Shown one piece after another: positions 39,804 to 48,900 of a stretch of 64,000 nucleotides of DNA. Each line of letters starts with the position of its first letter. Positions within the stretch are counted from its first letter, which is position 1. The stretch is from the NCBI GenBank assembly GCA_003140935.1, contig PLLJ01000034.1, forward strand, positions 79,505 through 143,504, read 5' to 3'. The notes below the pieces were generated by a model that did not search any database, was not told where the DNA came from, and saw nothing but the letters and a program-made list of their open reading frames with translations. The position numbers and the translations under genes were made by a program. Origin of the DNA: Candidatus Omnitrophota bacterium. GTDB lineage: Bacteria; Omnitrophota; Omnitrophia; Omnitrophales; Aquincolibacteriaceae.

Positions 39804-40131
39804 AACTAAGGATCGCCTCTTCTTCTGTCGAATAACTTTCCATCAAACCATTGACCCCGATCATCTGGAAAGTCTTTTCGACTTCGGGCCGCAAATTGCA
39901 CAATTTGATATCCCCTTTTTGTTCACGCACCTTGCGCAAACGGTCTACCAAAATGCCGACGCCCGCCAATTCCACATGTTTCGTATCTTTCAGGTCCAGC
40001 AAGAGGCGCTTGTGGTTTCTGTTAAGCAGACGGTTCATGCGACCTTTCATTTTGATCATGCTAAGAGCATCGAGATCTCCGTTGAAACGCAACACATCCA
40101 CCCCGACCTTCGTTCTGGCATGATAAACCAT
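39793..40131 (-). CDS. STAS-domain anti-sigma-factor antagonist (SpoIIAA-like)
   Basis: 112 aa; DLKDTKHVELAGVGILVDRLRKV carries the STAS fold signature. Confidence 0.65.
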   Translation of the reverse strand: MVYHARTKVGVDVLRFNGDLDALSMIKMKGRMNRLLNRNHKRLLLDLKDTKHVELAGVGILVDRLRKVREQKGDIKLCNLRPEVEKTFQMIGVNGLMESYSTEEEAILSFAA

Positions 40132-40144
40132 GATGACCCCTTTC

Positions 40145-40582
40145 TTATTCCGATACTAATTTTTCTGCGAGTTCTTCAAAGTGGTTCTTATGATTATCAA
40201 AAAAGCTTTGCCATTTTTCTTTTGCCCAGATTTCAATACGACTTGAAACTCCCACGATCATGACGTCCGTCTTAATGTCGGCATAAGTCTTAAGATAGTC
40301 CGGGATGAGGATCCTCCCCTGCTTATCGCAAACAACTTCGGAAGCACCCGAGAAAAAAAGCCGGTTGAAAGTTCTGGATTCGGCTTTGGTAAAAGGCATA
40401 TCGCGAAACTTTTTTTCTTCCGTCTTCCATTGTTCTTCGGTGAAAACAAACAAACATTGATCAAGGCCGCGTGTGATAAAAAAGCGCTCTACATAGCGCT
40501 CCTTGAAAATCTCGCGGAATTTGGCAGGGATCATCACGCGGCTTTTGGTATCGATCACATGTCCGAATTCACCGTAAAACAT
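40145..40582 (-). CDS. mraZ: transcriptional regulator MraZ
   Basis: 145 aa; duplicated DxxxR motifs in the contexts IDTKSRVMIPAKFRE and CDKQGRILIP. Confidence 0.85.
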   Translation of the reverse strand: MFYGEFGHVIDTKSRVMIPAKFREIFKERYVERFFITRGLDQCLFVFTEEQWKTEEKKFRDMPFTKAESRTFNRLFFSGASEVVCDKQGRILIPDYLKTYADIKTDVMIVGVSSRIEIWAKEKWQSFFDNHKNHFEELAEKLVSE

Positions 40583-40603
40583 GGATTTTCTTTCCTTTCA
40601 TAT

Positions 40604-40674
40604 TCCCACTTCATCCCACTTTATCCCACTTCATTATCGACGGCAGTATATATTTCCCTTAATATCGTGTCAAT
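40604..40674 (-). promoter_or_regulatory. mraZ promoter (TTGACA-17-TATACT) with three MraZ-box direct repeats (GTGGGA at 10-bp spacing) in the leader
   Basis: Minus strand: TTGACAcgatattaagggaaataTATACTgccgtcgataatgaAGTGGGAtaaaGTGGGAtgaaGTGGGAatatgaaaggaaagaaaatccATG. Confidence 0.65.
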
Positions 40675-40833
40675 ATTCTTTTTTATTGGGAATCCGTTAA
40701 ACCCATCCATAGTATCCTCCTAAAAAGGAACCACAAGATGATGGGCAAAAATATAGTGCTTAAGACAGAGCGGGGCCGCTAGGTTGTAACCTTAAGGGGA
40801 TGAGAGACGGCGAATGGTTGGAACGGAAGAAAG

Positions 40834-41550
40834 CTAGTTTTCGAAGTAGAGAATGCGGGAACAGTTCTCGCAAACAATGATCTGCTCGCCGAGCCGGATC
40901 TCATTGATGAGTTGCGGGCGCAACTTCATCTGGCAAGCAGCACAAACTTCACCGTTTACAACGGCAAGAGCCAGTCCCTGCTTTTTGAGAGCGATCCGGC
41001 TGTAAAGCTCCCCAAGTTCGGGCGGCAATTCCGCGACAGATTCTTCGCGCTGTTTTTTCAAAACTGCAAGACGTTCCTGCAAAGTCTTTTCTTGACCGGC
41101 CATTTCGTTATCCCGGTCCTGGAAAGATGTAGTGATGGATGAGAATTTTTCTTTTTCTTTGCGGGTCTCTTCTTTCGCCGCATCCACTTCATCCATAATA
41201 TGAATGATCCCTTCCTCGAGAAGCGAATTATCGGCCTTCAAAGAAGCGATCTCCTGTTGAAGCGCGGCGTATTCCTTGTTCGTTTTCACCTGGGAGAGTT
41301 GCCCGTCGAGCTTTTTGATTTGCGTTTCTTTCTGCATAAGTTCTATTTCTTTTTCTTTCTGTTTCAACTGTATATCCTTGAGGGATTTCTCCAGTTCATG
41401 GAGATGGACCTTTTCGAGTTCCAATTCGGATTTGAGCTGAGCCCGCTGCGCAGGGATTTCTTCCAGAAGAATATGAGTGTGATGGATCTCACTATCCAAT
41501 TGCTGGGCTTTTTTCAAGGCATCAAGATTCTGGGCAATAGGGCCTGTCAT
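40834..41550 (-). CDS. zinc-ribbon domain protein with N-terminal coiled coil (DUF164 / zf-RING_7 family)
   Basis: Long coiled coil with the family-typical NKEYAALQQEI block and a C-terminal CAACQMKL...CENCSRIL C4 ribbon. Confidence 0.65.
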   Translation of the reverse strand: MTGPIAQNLDALKKAQQLDSEIHHTHILLEEIPAQRAQLKSELELEKVHLHELEKSLKDIQLKQKEKEIELMQKETQIKKLDGQLSQVKTNKEYAALQQEIASLKADNSLLEEGIIHIMDEVDAAKEETRKEKEKFSSITTSFQDRDNEMAGQEKTLQERLAVLKKQREESVAELPPELGELYSRIALKKQGLALAVVNGEVCAACQMKLRPQLINEIRLGEQIIVCENCSRILYFEN

Positions 41551-41678
41551 AAGTGCAGCGATTATAGAAGAGATGGGAGGCACCATCAAGGACGAAATAC
41601 GAAACGCCTGTGCAAGTCACACTACGCATAACGTCTCTTTCGCCACCCTACTGAAAAGCCGCACTCCTCTTTAATATT

Positions 41679-42785
41679 TCAGGCGATGCCTTTGGAACCC
41701 AGGGGCATGATCTCCCCTCCTCCCAGGCATACATCTTTCCGGTAGAGCACAGCAAATTGGCCAGGAGTCACAGCCCGCTGGGGTTTATCAAAAACGATCC
41801 TCGTTCGGTTCCCGGAAAGAGGATAAAGCCTGCCGGGCGCCGCGGCTTGACGGTACCGGATCTTCGCCTTGACGCGCAGAGACCGCTTGGGCATTCCGCC
41901 GATAAAGTTACACGGAGAAAGAAGCACTTCCCGGCTCAAAAGCTTTTTTTCGTCACGGGTCACTCGGAGAACATTGCGTTTTATATCGGATCCCATCACA
42001 AAGAAAGGCCCGCCCGAAAACCCGAGCCCCTTGCGCTGGCCCACCGTATAAAAATGAAGCCCTTGATGAGTGCCGATCACATGCCCCATATCATCCCGAA
42101 CTTCGCCTTCATTTCTTCCGATCTCCTTAACAAGGAACGGCTCCATCGCATTCCCTGAAACAAAACAAAAGTCCTGGCTCTGCTTACGTTTGAGAAAGAT
42201 CTCAAAACCTCGCTTCGCGGCCATTAGGTAGATTTCTTTTTTTGTATATTTCCCCAGAGGGAACACGACACGGCGAAGCTGGTCCTGTGAAAGAAAACTC
42301 AGGGAGTAAGTCTGGTCTTTTTCCGCGTCTTTACTTGTGAGAAGTTCGAACTTCCGGGTCCTTGGATTCTTCCGGACCTGTGCGTAATGCCCGGTCGCCA
42401 CATGCGCGATATGGTGGCGTGACGCCCATGCCAGAAGTTGTTTGAATTTGAGGTGCCTGTTGCACATCACGCAGGGATTCGGGGTCTTGTGATCGCGCAA
42501 GCGGCCAAGGAAATAATCCATGACCTCTTTTTCGAAATCACGCGATACATCGACGATATGATAAGGAACGCCCAGTGTTTTACAGACATCTTCCGCGATC
42601 TGAAAGGATTCCGTACTGCAGCAGATATTCTCTCTCAGGCAATTCGCCTCGTCGTGCCAAACAGGGTACTTGAGCGAAACGCCGACCGGATCCCATCCCT
42701 GTTCTTTCAGGAGTACGAGCGCCATGGAGGAATCCACGCCACCCGACATCCCGACCACAATGGGCCTTCGCTCTTTTCTCTTCAT
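41679..42785 (-). CDS. mnmA: tRNA-specific 2-thiouridylase MnmA
   Basis: PP-loop VVGMSGGVDSS, catalytic Cys pair, about 368 aa from MKRKERRPIVVG (ATG at 42783-42785). ORF-track start 42986 is an over-extension. Confidence 0.85.
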   Translation of the reverse strand: MKRKERRPIVVGMSGGVDSSMALVLLKEQGWDPVGVSLKYPVWHDEANCLRENICCSTESFQIAEDVCKTLGVPYHIVDVSRDFEKEVMDYFLGRLRDHKTPNPCVMCNRHLKFKQLLAWASRHHIAHVATGHYAQVRKNPRTRKFELLTSKDAEKDQTYSLSFLSQDQLRRVVFPLGKYTKKEIYLMAAKRGFEIFLKRKQSQDFCFVSGNAMEPFLVKEIGRNEGEVRDDMGHVIGTHQGLHFYTVGQRKGLGFSGGPFFVMGSDIKRNVLRVTRDEKKLLSREVLLSPCNFIGGMPKRSLRVKAKIRYRQAAAPGRLYPLSGNRTRIVFDKPQRAVTPGQFAVLYRKDVCLGGGEIMPLGSKGIA

Positions 42786-42795
42786 GACAATAAGC

Positions 42796-43488
42796 TCAGG
42801 GCCTTCCGAAGAAATGATAGAAACCCGACAATCGGAGGCCGAAAGTAAAACGGGAACCCGAAGAGGCCGAGACCTTAATGCGCCGCAAAAGATAGGGATT
42901 CCCCACACATCTACGGTCGTGCACATGGCTTGCGGCACAGCCATACGCATACCCCGTGCTACGGACCATTTCAATGATCCCTTCATTAAAGGAACCGCAC
43001 GGATAAGAGATCGCCTTTATTTCACGGCCGAGCTTTTCCTCCAGGATCTTCTTGGAAATAACCACGGAAGTTCGGGCCTCTGTCCCGAGCATATCGGAAA
43101 GCGGTTTGTGCTCAAGCGTGTGGCTCCTGATCTCGATCCCGGGAACTGCAGCCATTTCACGAAGCATGTCCCAAGTCATGAAGCCTGCCTTGCCCACGTC
43201 CGCTGCCGTGACAAAAAAAGTAGCAGAAAATCCAAACTCTTTAAGGACGGGAAAGGCCTGCTGGTAATTATCCAGATAGCCATCATCGAATGTGATCGCG
43301 GTTTTACGCTCCCAAAGATTCTCTTTCCACCTTTCTTTCGCGCACGCCGCAAGCCCGATCACCTGGCATCGTTCTTGCTTGATCCAAAGCATTTGTTTCC
43401 TGAAAAGCCCGGGGCTGATCGCAAGCTTATTCGGAAACCGCTTCGGATCGAGACTATGATAAGCAAGGATCGGAATGAATTTCTTCAT
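42796..43488 (-). CDS. polysaccharide deacetylase (NodB homology domain, CE4)
   Basis: Canonical motif 1 ITFDDGYLDNY, and motif 2 H..H context. Confidence 0.75.
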   Translation of the reverse strand: MKKFIPILAYHSLDPKRFPNKLAISPGLFRKQMLWIKQERCQVIGLAACAKERWKENLWERKTAITFDDGYLDNYQQAFPVLKEFGFSATFFVTAADVGKAGFMTWDMLREMAAVPGIEIRSHTLEHKPLSDMLGTEARTSVVISKKILEEKLGREIKAISYPCGSFNEGIIEMVRSTGYAYGCAASHVHDRRCVGNPYLLRRIKVSASSGSRFTFGLRLSGFYHFFGRP

Positions 43489-44603
43489 GCCTTTCCCGCC
43501 AGAACATTTTCATAAACCTTCAGGATGCGTTCGCACATTACGGAAGAAGTATATTCCAGCGCTGCTTGGCGGGCCGCTTTGCCCATTTGGGAACGCAATG
43601 ACGTGTCCTTTGCATAGCGGAGAAAACAGGACGCGAGATCCGACACATTTTCCCTTTCGAAGAGTAGTCCGTATTTCCCATGCCCCAAAAGATCCACAAT
43701 ACCGCCGGAAATGGATCCCACCACGGGCAACCCAACTGCCATGGCCTCCAGCACGGCAAGCCCGAAGGCTTCCGGCCAGAGATAGGGCGCCGCGAAAATA
43801 TCCCCGGCGCGTAAAGGCTTCTCAATCTCAGGTTCATTCCCGAGAAAAAGCACATCTCTCTCGAGTTTCAATTCCTTCACACGATCCTTCAGCTCTTGCG
43901 TGTAAACCGGATCTCCTGAACCCGACACGAGTAATTTTAATTCCCGAGCTTCTTTGCGCGCCGCCGCAAAAGCCTCGATCAAGATGTGGACACCTTTGAC
44001 GGAGATCAATCGGGAAAGCGACAGGATAACAAGGTCTTCGTTCTGGTATCCATAATTTTTTCGGATCTTGTCGCGATCAGCGCTGTCAAATTTTGCGCAC
44101 AGCTTCTCCACATCGATTCCGTTCGGCACGACGATAATGGGAGGCAATTCTTTTTCCTTAAAGATAGTCCTTAAACCCTCTTCCATGACGTTAGAAATAG
44201 CAATGATCTTTTTTCCCCAACACGGAAAAAGGCGGCGCCCTAAGCGGCGCTTGTAGAACATATGTGCCGTTGAAACGTAGGGAATTTTGACAAAAAAAGT
44301 CGCTGCCGCGGCAAGCACCTGTGTCACGCGGGTGTGCGTGTGGATGATGTCGATGGACCGGGTCTTCAGGATATGAATAAGCTTGGGCAACGTAAGCCAA
44401 AGCCTCGGAGAAAGCTCGCTTTTACAACGCGGAACATCTCCCAAAACCGTGCTTCCTCCGGCTCGCAGATCTTGGGAGCAGCTTCCGTCAGCGCCCCAGA
44501 CGAAGACATCATGCCCGGCCTTGACCTGCTCTCCGGCCAAGGTACGGATATAGGTAGTGATACCACCGGTATTCAAATGATTTGTGAGATGCAGGATCTT
44601 CAA
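43485..44603 (-). CDS. glycosyltransferase family 4 (GT-B, RfaB-like)
   Basis: N-terminal MKILHLTNHLNTGGITTYI and a C-terminal E-x7-E-containing GT4 domain. Confidence 0.75.
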   Translation of the reverse strand: MKILHLTNHLNTGGITTYIRTLAGEQVKAGHDVFVWGADGSCSQDLRAGGSTVLGDVPRCKSELSPRLWLTLPKLIHILKTRSIDIIHTHTRVTQVLAAAATFFVKIPYVSTAHMFYKRRLGRRLFPCWGKKIIAISNVMEEGLRTIFKEKELPPIIVVPNGIDVEKLCAKFDSADRDKIRKNYGYQNEDLVILSLSRLISVKGVHILIEAFAAARKEARELKLLVSGSGDPVYTQELKDRVKELKLERDVLFLGNEPEIEKPLRAGDIFAAPYLWPEAFGLAVLEAMAVGLPVVGSISGGIVDLLGHGKYGLLFERENVSDLASCFLRYAKDTSLRSQMGKAARQAALEYTSSVMCERILKVYENVLAGKA

Positions 44604-44644
44604 GCTTCCCTCTCAACAGGATTCTATGCAACGAGGCATTATAG

Positions 44645-44710
44645 TCCCAATTCTTATCAATTTCAGAGAAACTGAAATTGGGGCAATCCTGACTACCCTT
44701 TAATAAAAAG
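44645..44710 (+). repeat. REP/MITE-like hairpin element, copy 4
   Basis: GTCCCAATTcttATCAATTTCAGagaaaCTGAAATTGGGGCAatcCTgactACCcTTTAAtAAAAAG: a perfect 9-bp inner stem CAATTTCAG/CTGAAATTG. Confidence 0.6.
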
Positions 44711-44740
44711 AAAGTAAAAGTCAGGATAGCCCAAAAACTC

Positions 44741-44775
44741 AAAAAAAAAGGGGCTCTTCTTGGAGCCCCTTTTCA
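44741..44775 (-). terminator. rho-independent terminator after mscL (bidirectional-capable)
   Basis: aaaaaaaaa-GGGGCTC-ttcttg-GAGCCCC-tttt, 20 nt downstream of the mscL stop. Confidence 0.65.
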
Positions 44776-44794
44776 TAAGAACAACAGGTCGACG

Positions 44795-45235
44795 TTAAAA
44801 TTGAGACGTGCAATTTGGACAACGGACCGCCTTGATCGCGATCGCGGAACAACAGAACGGACATTCCCGGGTCACCGGCGCTGCGGGCTTAGCCGGTTTC
44901 TGGAGTTTGTTGATCTGCTTGATCATGAGAAAGATCACGAACGCAACGATCAAAAAATTGATCACGTTATTGAGGAAAAGTCCGTAATTGAGAGTCGGGG
45001 CGCCGGCCTTCTGTGCTTCTGCTAGCGATGCGAACGTCTTTCCGGACATATTGATATAAAGACTGCTAAAATCCACTTCCCCGAGCAAAAGCCCGATCGG
45101 CGGCATAATGATGTCGCTCACCATAGAGGCCACGATCTTTCCGAACGCGCCGCCGATGATCACACCGACCGCCATATCAATAACGTTGCCTCGCATAATA
45201 AATTGCTTAAATTCATCCATGATCTTCATATTCAC
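44795..45235 (-). CDS. mscL: large-conductance mechanosensitive channel MscL with C-terminal zinc-ribbon-like extension
   Basis: MscL core ([19 protein letters not shown]..., TM2 [13 protein letters not shown]) followed by an atypical tail [24 protein letters not shown] (CxxC...CxxC). Confidence 0.8.
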   Translation of the reverse strand: MNMKIMDEFKQFIMRGNVIDMAVGVIIGGAFGKIVASMVSDIIMPPIGLLLGEVDFSSLYINMSGKTFASLAEAQKAGAPTLNYGLFLNNVINFLIVAFVIFLMIKQINKLQKPAKPAAPVTRECPFCCSAIAIKAVRCPNCTSQF

Positions 45236-45239
45236 ATCC

Positions 45240-45629
45240 TTATTTTACTGATTGGGATGGTTCGATCTGGATCTTGGCGAAATCCCCGCCTTTTTCCTGA
45301 AAAGCCTGCGCATAGATCCGGTACCGCTCGAAAAGGGCCTCTCCCTCTTGTCCGATTCCCACGATGCGCCGCGTCATGGACTTATTATCGAAAACCTTAT
45401 TCATAGGCATACGCCGTATCTCCTCCTGGATCTTCTGGATCTCGGCCTTTTTCGCGCGTATCGCTGCCGCGTAAGCGGATGCATAAGACTCTAGTTCTGC
45501 GAGGGGCATCGCTACCACTTCTTTTTGGATCTTTTCAATCGGCCTTTTCGGATCCGCTTTCCTCGCACAGCCTGTGAAAGGAATAAGCAGCAGGACTAAA
45601 AGATATACGGGGATAAATCGAAATCTCAT
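45240..45629 (-). CDS. lipoprotein (hypothetical)
   Basis: Signal peptide ending in the lipobox LIPFTGC, followed by a helical region. 129 aa. Confidence 0.5.
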   Translation of the reverse strand: MRFRFIPVYLLVLLLIPFTGCARKADPKRPIEKIQKEVVAMPLAELESYASAYAAAIRAKKAEIQKIQEEIRRMPMNKVFDNKSMTRRIVGIGQEGEALFERYRIYAQAFQEKGGDFAKIQIEPSQSVK

Positions 45630-45710
45630 AAAATCGCCTCCTTGAGCTGATCAACAGGTGCTTTCTTCAGAAACCACATCGGTGCCCTATTTGCCTACAT
45701 TGAGAATAAG

Positions 45711-45785
45711 CGTCCCCAAGGGGATTTGAACCCCTGTTACCAGGATGAAAACCTGGTGTCCTAGGCCGACCTAGACGATGGGGAC
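45711..45785 (-). tRNA. tRNA-Glu (anticodon TTC)
   Basis: Minus strand: GTCCCCATCGTCTAGGTCGGCCTAGGACACCAGGTTTTCATCCTGGTAACAGGGGTTCAAATCCCCTTGGGGACG. Classic Glu architecture; no encoded CCA. Confidence 0.85.
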
Positions 45786-45931
45786 ACAGTTTCCTTTTGT
45801 CCTGCTTCCGCGGCACCTCAAAGTGCCGGTGAGCCGTGCTTGTGCCACGGGGCACAAGTGCGATGGGGACGTGAAAGAAGCGCCAAAAGAGAGGTGATTA
45901 TACCGATTTGCCTTCCTTGAGGGAAGAAATT

Positions 45932-48900
45932 TTACGCCGCAGTGCGGATCTGGAGATATCCTTGGATCGCTTGAAGGACGGCCTCCAGCAGGGTCCCGTG
46001 ATCATACTCGGAAGGTTTATGAATGTTGAACCGGTCCGTTTCCCACTGTTTGTCTAATGCCGCATAAAGCACGGTCGTGAGGGCTGCAGCGAGAGTCTTC
46101 ATGTCACCCGCGTCTTCCGTCACCCAACGGCTTCCAATCCCCTTGCGATAGGCGACCTGGTCGAAGGATCCGTTGTTACGCGCCACCAAAGCGTCTACCT
46201 TTTGAGTTCCTTTCAACAAGAACGGGTCCTCCTGCCGAGAAGAGACGATCTTGAGTTGATCGGGTGCCAATGTGATCCCCTCCTGTTTGGCTAGACCGCG
46301 GATCTTTTCACTGATGTCTTGAGTCGTTTTGTCGTCAGTATCGATGTTCATCAAAAGACGTCCACGCAATGATACAAGAGCTCCCAACACCACCGTAAAA
46401 TGTGTGATCAACTCCGACCGGTCATTCTCCGTAAGGCCCGTTAAATGAACATGGACCCGAGGTCCTTCAAGAGAAGTTCCGGACGGAAGCGCGGCGCCGG
46501 CCGGCACCGCTTTTTGGAACGTCTCCAAAACCTTCGCCAGCCGTTCATTCGAGATCCCCGAAGCCGCCGCTTGCATGAGAACTTTCTGTGTCATTTGCCC
46601 CACGACCCAACCCTGCGCGGCTTCCAACCCCGACAGTATCACTTGCCGGCCTTCTACAGTCACGGAAACTTGCTTGGGAAGATAAAACGCGATCCCCGAA
46701 ACGGAGAAAATGGTGTCCACGCTATCTGCGGCATCAACGACAGCATCCCGCGGAAACTCCGGTACGTCCAGGGAAAATGCCTTATTCGAAGCCGCAAGCT
46801 GATCTCTTGCCACAGCCGTTGGTCCCCGGAGTTCTGAACGACTCGGTACGCTTTCCGCCTTCTCGAACACGAACTCCTCTTGATGGAACTGCAATCCTTT
46901 CGCCGCCTGGATCATGAATGCTAAACCTTCTTCCAAATGAAAGAGTTCGCGACGGTGGCGGGGACCGATCGCGTCCCTGGATCCGGCCTGAATGCGGTCC
47001 ACCAACTCCCCGGACTCGAGGCGCTCCGTCTTGTGCCATCCCTTCAGATATCCTTCAATATACTCCGGCCGTTTTTCTCTCGCGGCGGGAGGATTCCACG
47101 GCTCACGCGACCATTCGAGGATCAGATCCGGAAATGTCTCCACGATCCCGCGAAATCCCGTGTACCCCGCGGGGATCTCGTCGAGAAGGCGCCGGACCGC
47201 GAGCGTCCAGACCTCTGTGGTCTTTTGGATATAACCCCGGATCGCCTGGTTATCATGTTTCCCACGAAGCGGATCATACCGATAGAGGGACGTTTCCCAT
47301 CCGTTATAGATTTCCTGAAATGCCACGGCTTCTCCCGCCCACACATTCAAGCGATTGCGTAAAGGCGTCAAAACCTTCCGGTCCGTGACAGAACCTTTAT
47401 AAGCTGGACGTGAGTCGAACCCTGCAAAGATCCGGTCCGCGATCTCCTTGGCCGACCGGATGCGTTCCGGATCCGCGTACCGGTTCTTTTTCATGTTTTT
47501 CTCGAGAGCCGTCAGTTCCTTAAACAATAAATTGAAATTCGAGTAGAAAAAGGGCGGCTTCCAGGTCCCGGTCATTCGTGCGCGGATAGCCTTCAAATCC
47601 AACATTCCGATCGCGTTCAAAAGCGCGGCGTTCTTTTCAAGAAGTCTGCCCTGCAAAACCTCCAGGTCCCGCGCATTTTCCTCCGTCCGCACTTCCGAGC
47701 GTTTCCCTTCCCGTGAGACCTTATCTCTTATGTCGGAACGTGCGGGTGTTTTCACCAGATCGCTTAGAGAGGTGACAATATGGTCGGCTATTTCACGAGA
47801 GCGGGCGGCCTCTTTGGCGGTCGCCGGCATTCCCACGAGCCAGAATTGCCGTCTAACTTCCGGTTTGATCCTCACTGCCCGATCAATGGCTTTGGAACTA
47901 TCATCAACGAAAATGGCTTTGGCTTCGGGAGGCAAGTCGCCTAGCGCCTTTGCCAGGACACTTATTTTTTCATCCAACGTGTTGACAAAAACGAGATCCT
48001 TTTCCGGATCCTCGAAATATTTCAGCAATCCGGTTTTTTGAATAATGGGTAAACGGAATTCTTTTTTCGATGTCGAAATGATCCGGACCCGCTTTCCCTG
48101 GTCTTTAGCTGCCTCAAAAAATTCCATCACCCCCGGCATAAGCAATCTTTGTCTCACTTCCTGTTCCGGCAATTGAAGAATCGAACGCAGGTCTTCATCT
48201 CTTCTAGTTTCGTAAAGTTTCAGGAAATACCCGGCAGGATCATTTATGCCAGGGAAAACAAGGTCTTTCCGTTCATTGAATAGAGTCTTTAAATTTTTTT
48301 CAGTAGATTCGCCGAGTCTTTGGTCATAAAACGCGGTTCCCTCCCGCAGCGCCTCGGGATCCGGCTTAAACCCTGAGGGATCCGCGATTTGATTGAAGAT
48401 CATTGAGTAAATATAAGCCGCGTGTTTCCGGTTTAAACCAATGGTGTCCAAAACAACCCCGTCCAGGTCCAAGTAAACATCCGTTATTTCATCGAACGAG
48501 AACGGCGCCTGATGATCGCCCCGCATCTCGGAACGCCGGGGCCAATGAAGAAAATACATCTCTGGGTTTTTAAAAATGGGTCTTAAGAAATCGCCGCGGA
48601 CAGGTTTCTTTAATAGATGAACCGGATGTTGTTCTTTTAACTCCCCGAGGATTTTATCTCCCACCTCATCGCCCATAAAAACGATCGGAACTCTCTCTAA
48701 ACCCGGCATCTTGACAGCCTCCAAGATCCACTCCGGCCCTGTCATTCCGGACATGGGGACTTTAGTAAGAATAGCGTCCGGTACCCCTTGGTTGAGCGCT
48801 TGCAGAGCCGCTTCCCCCGAAGATACCGCCGTGACCTTAAAACCATCTAAATTGAGCAACAGTTCCAGAGCTTCTAAAGCACTTTCCCTGTCATCAACGA

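Noticed and set aside
45786-45931. Hairpins between the giant-gene stop and tRNA-Glu (CTTGTGCCACGGGGCACAAG; GGCACCTCAAAGTGCC) as an intrinsic terminator of the giant gene
   Set aside because: Neither hairpin is followed by a U-tract on the transcribed (minus) strand. They may be processing or structural elements, but a terminator call is not supported.
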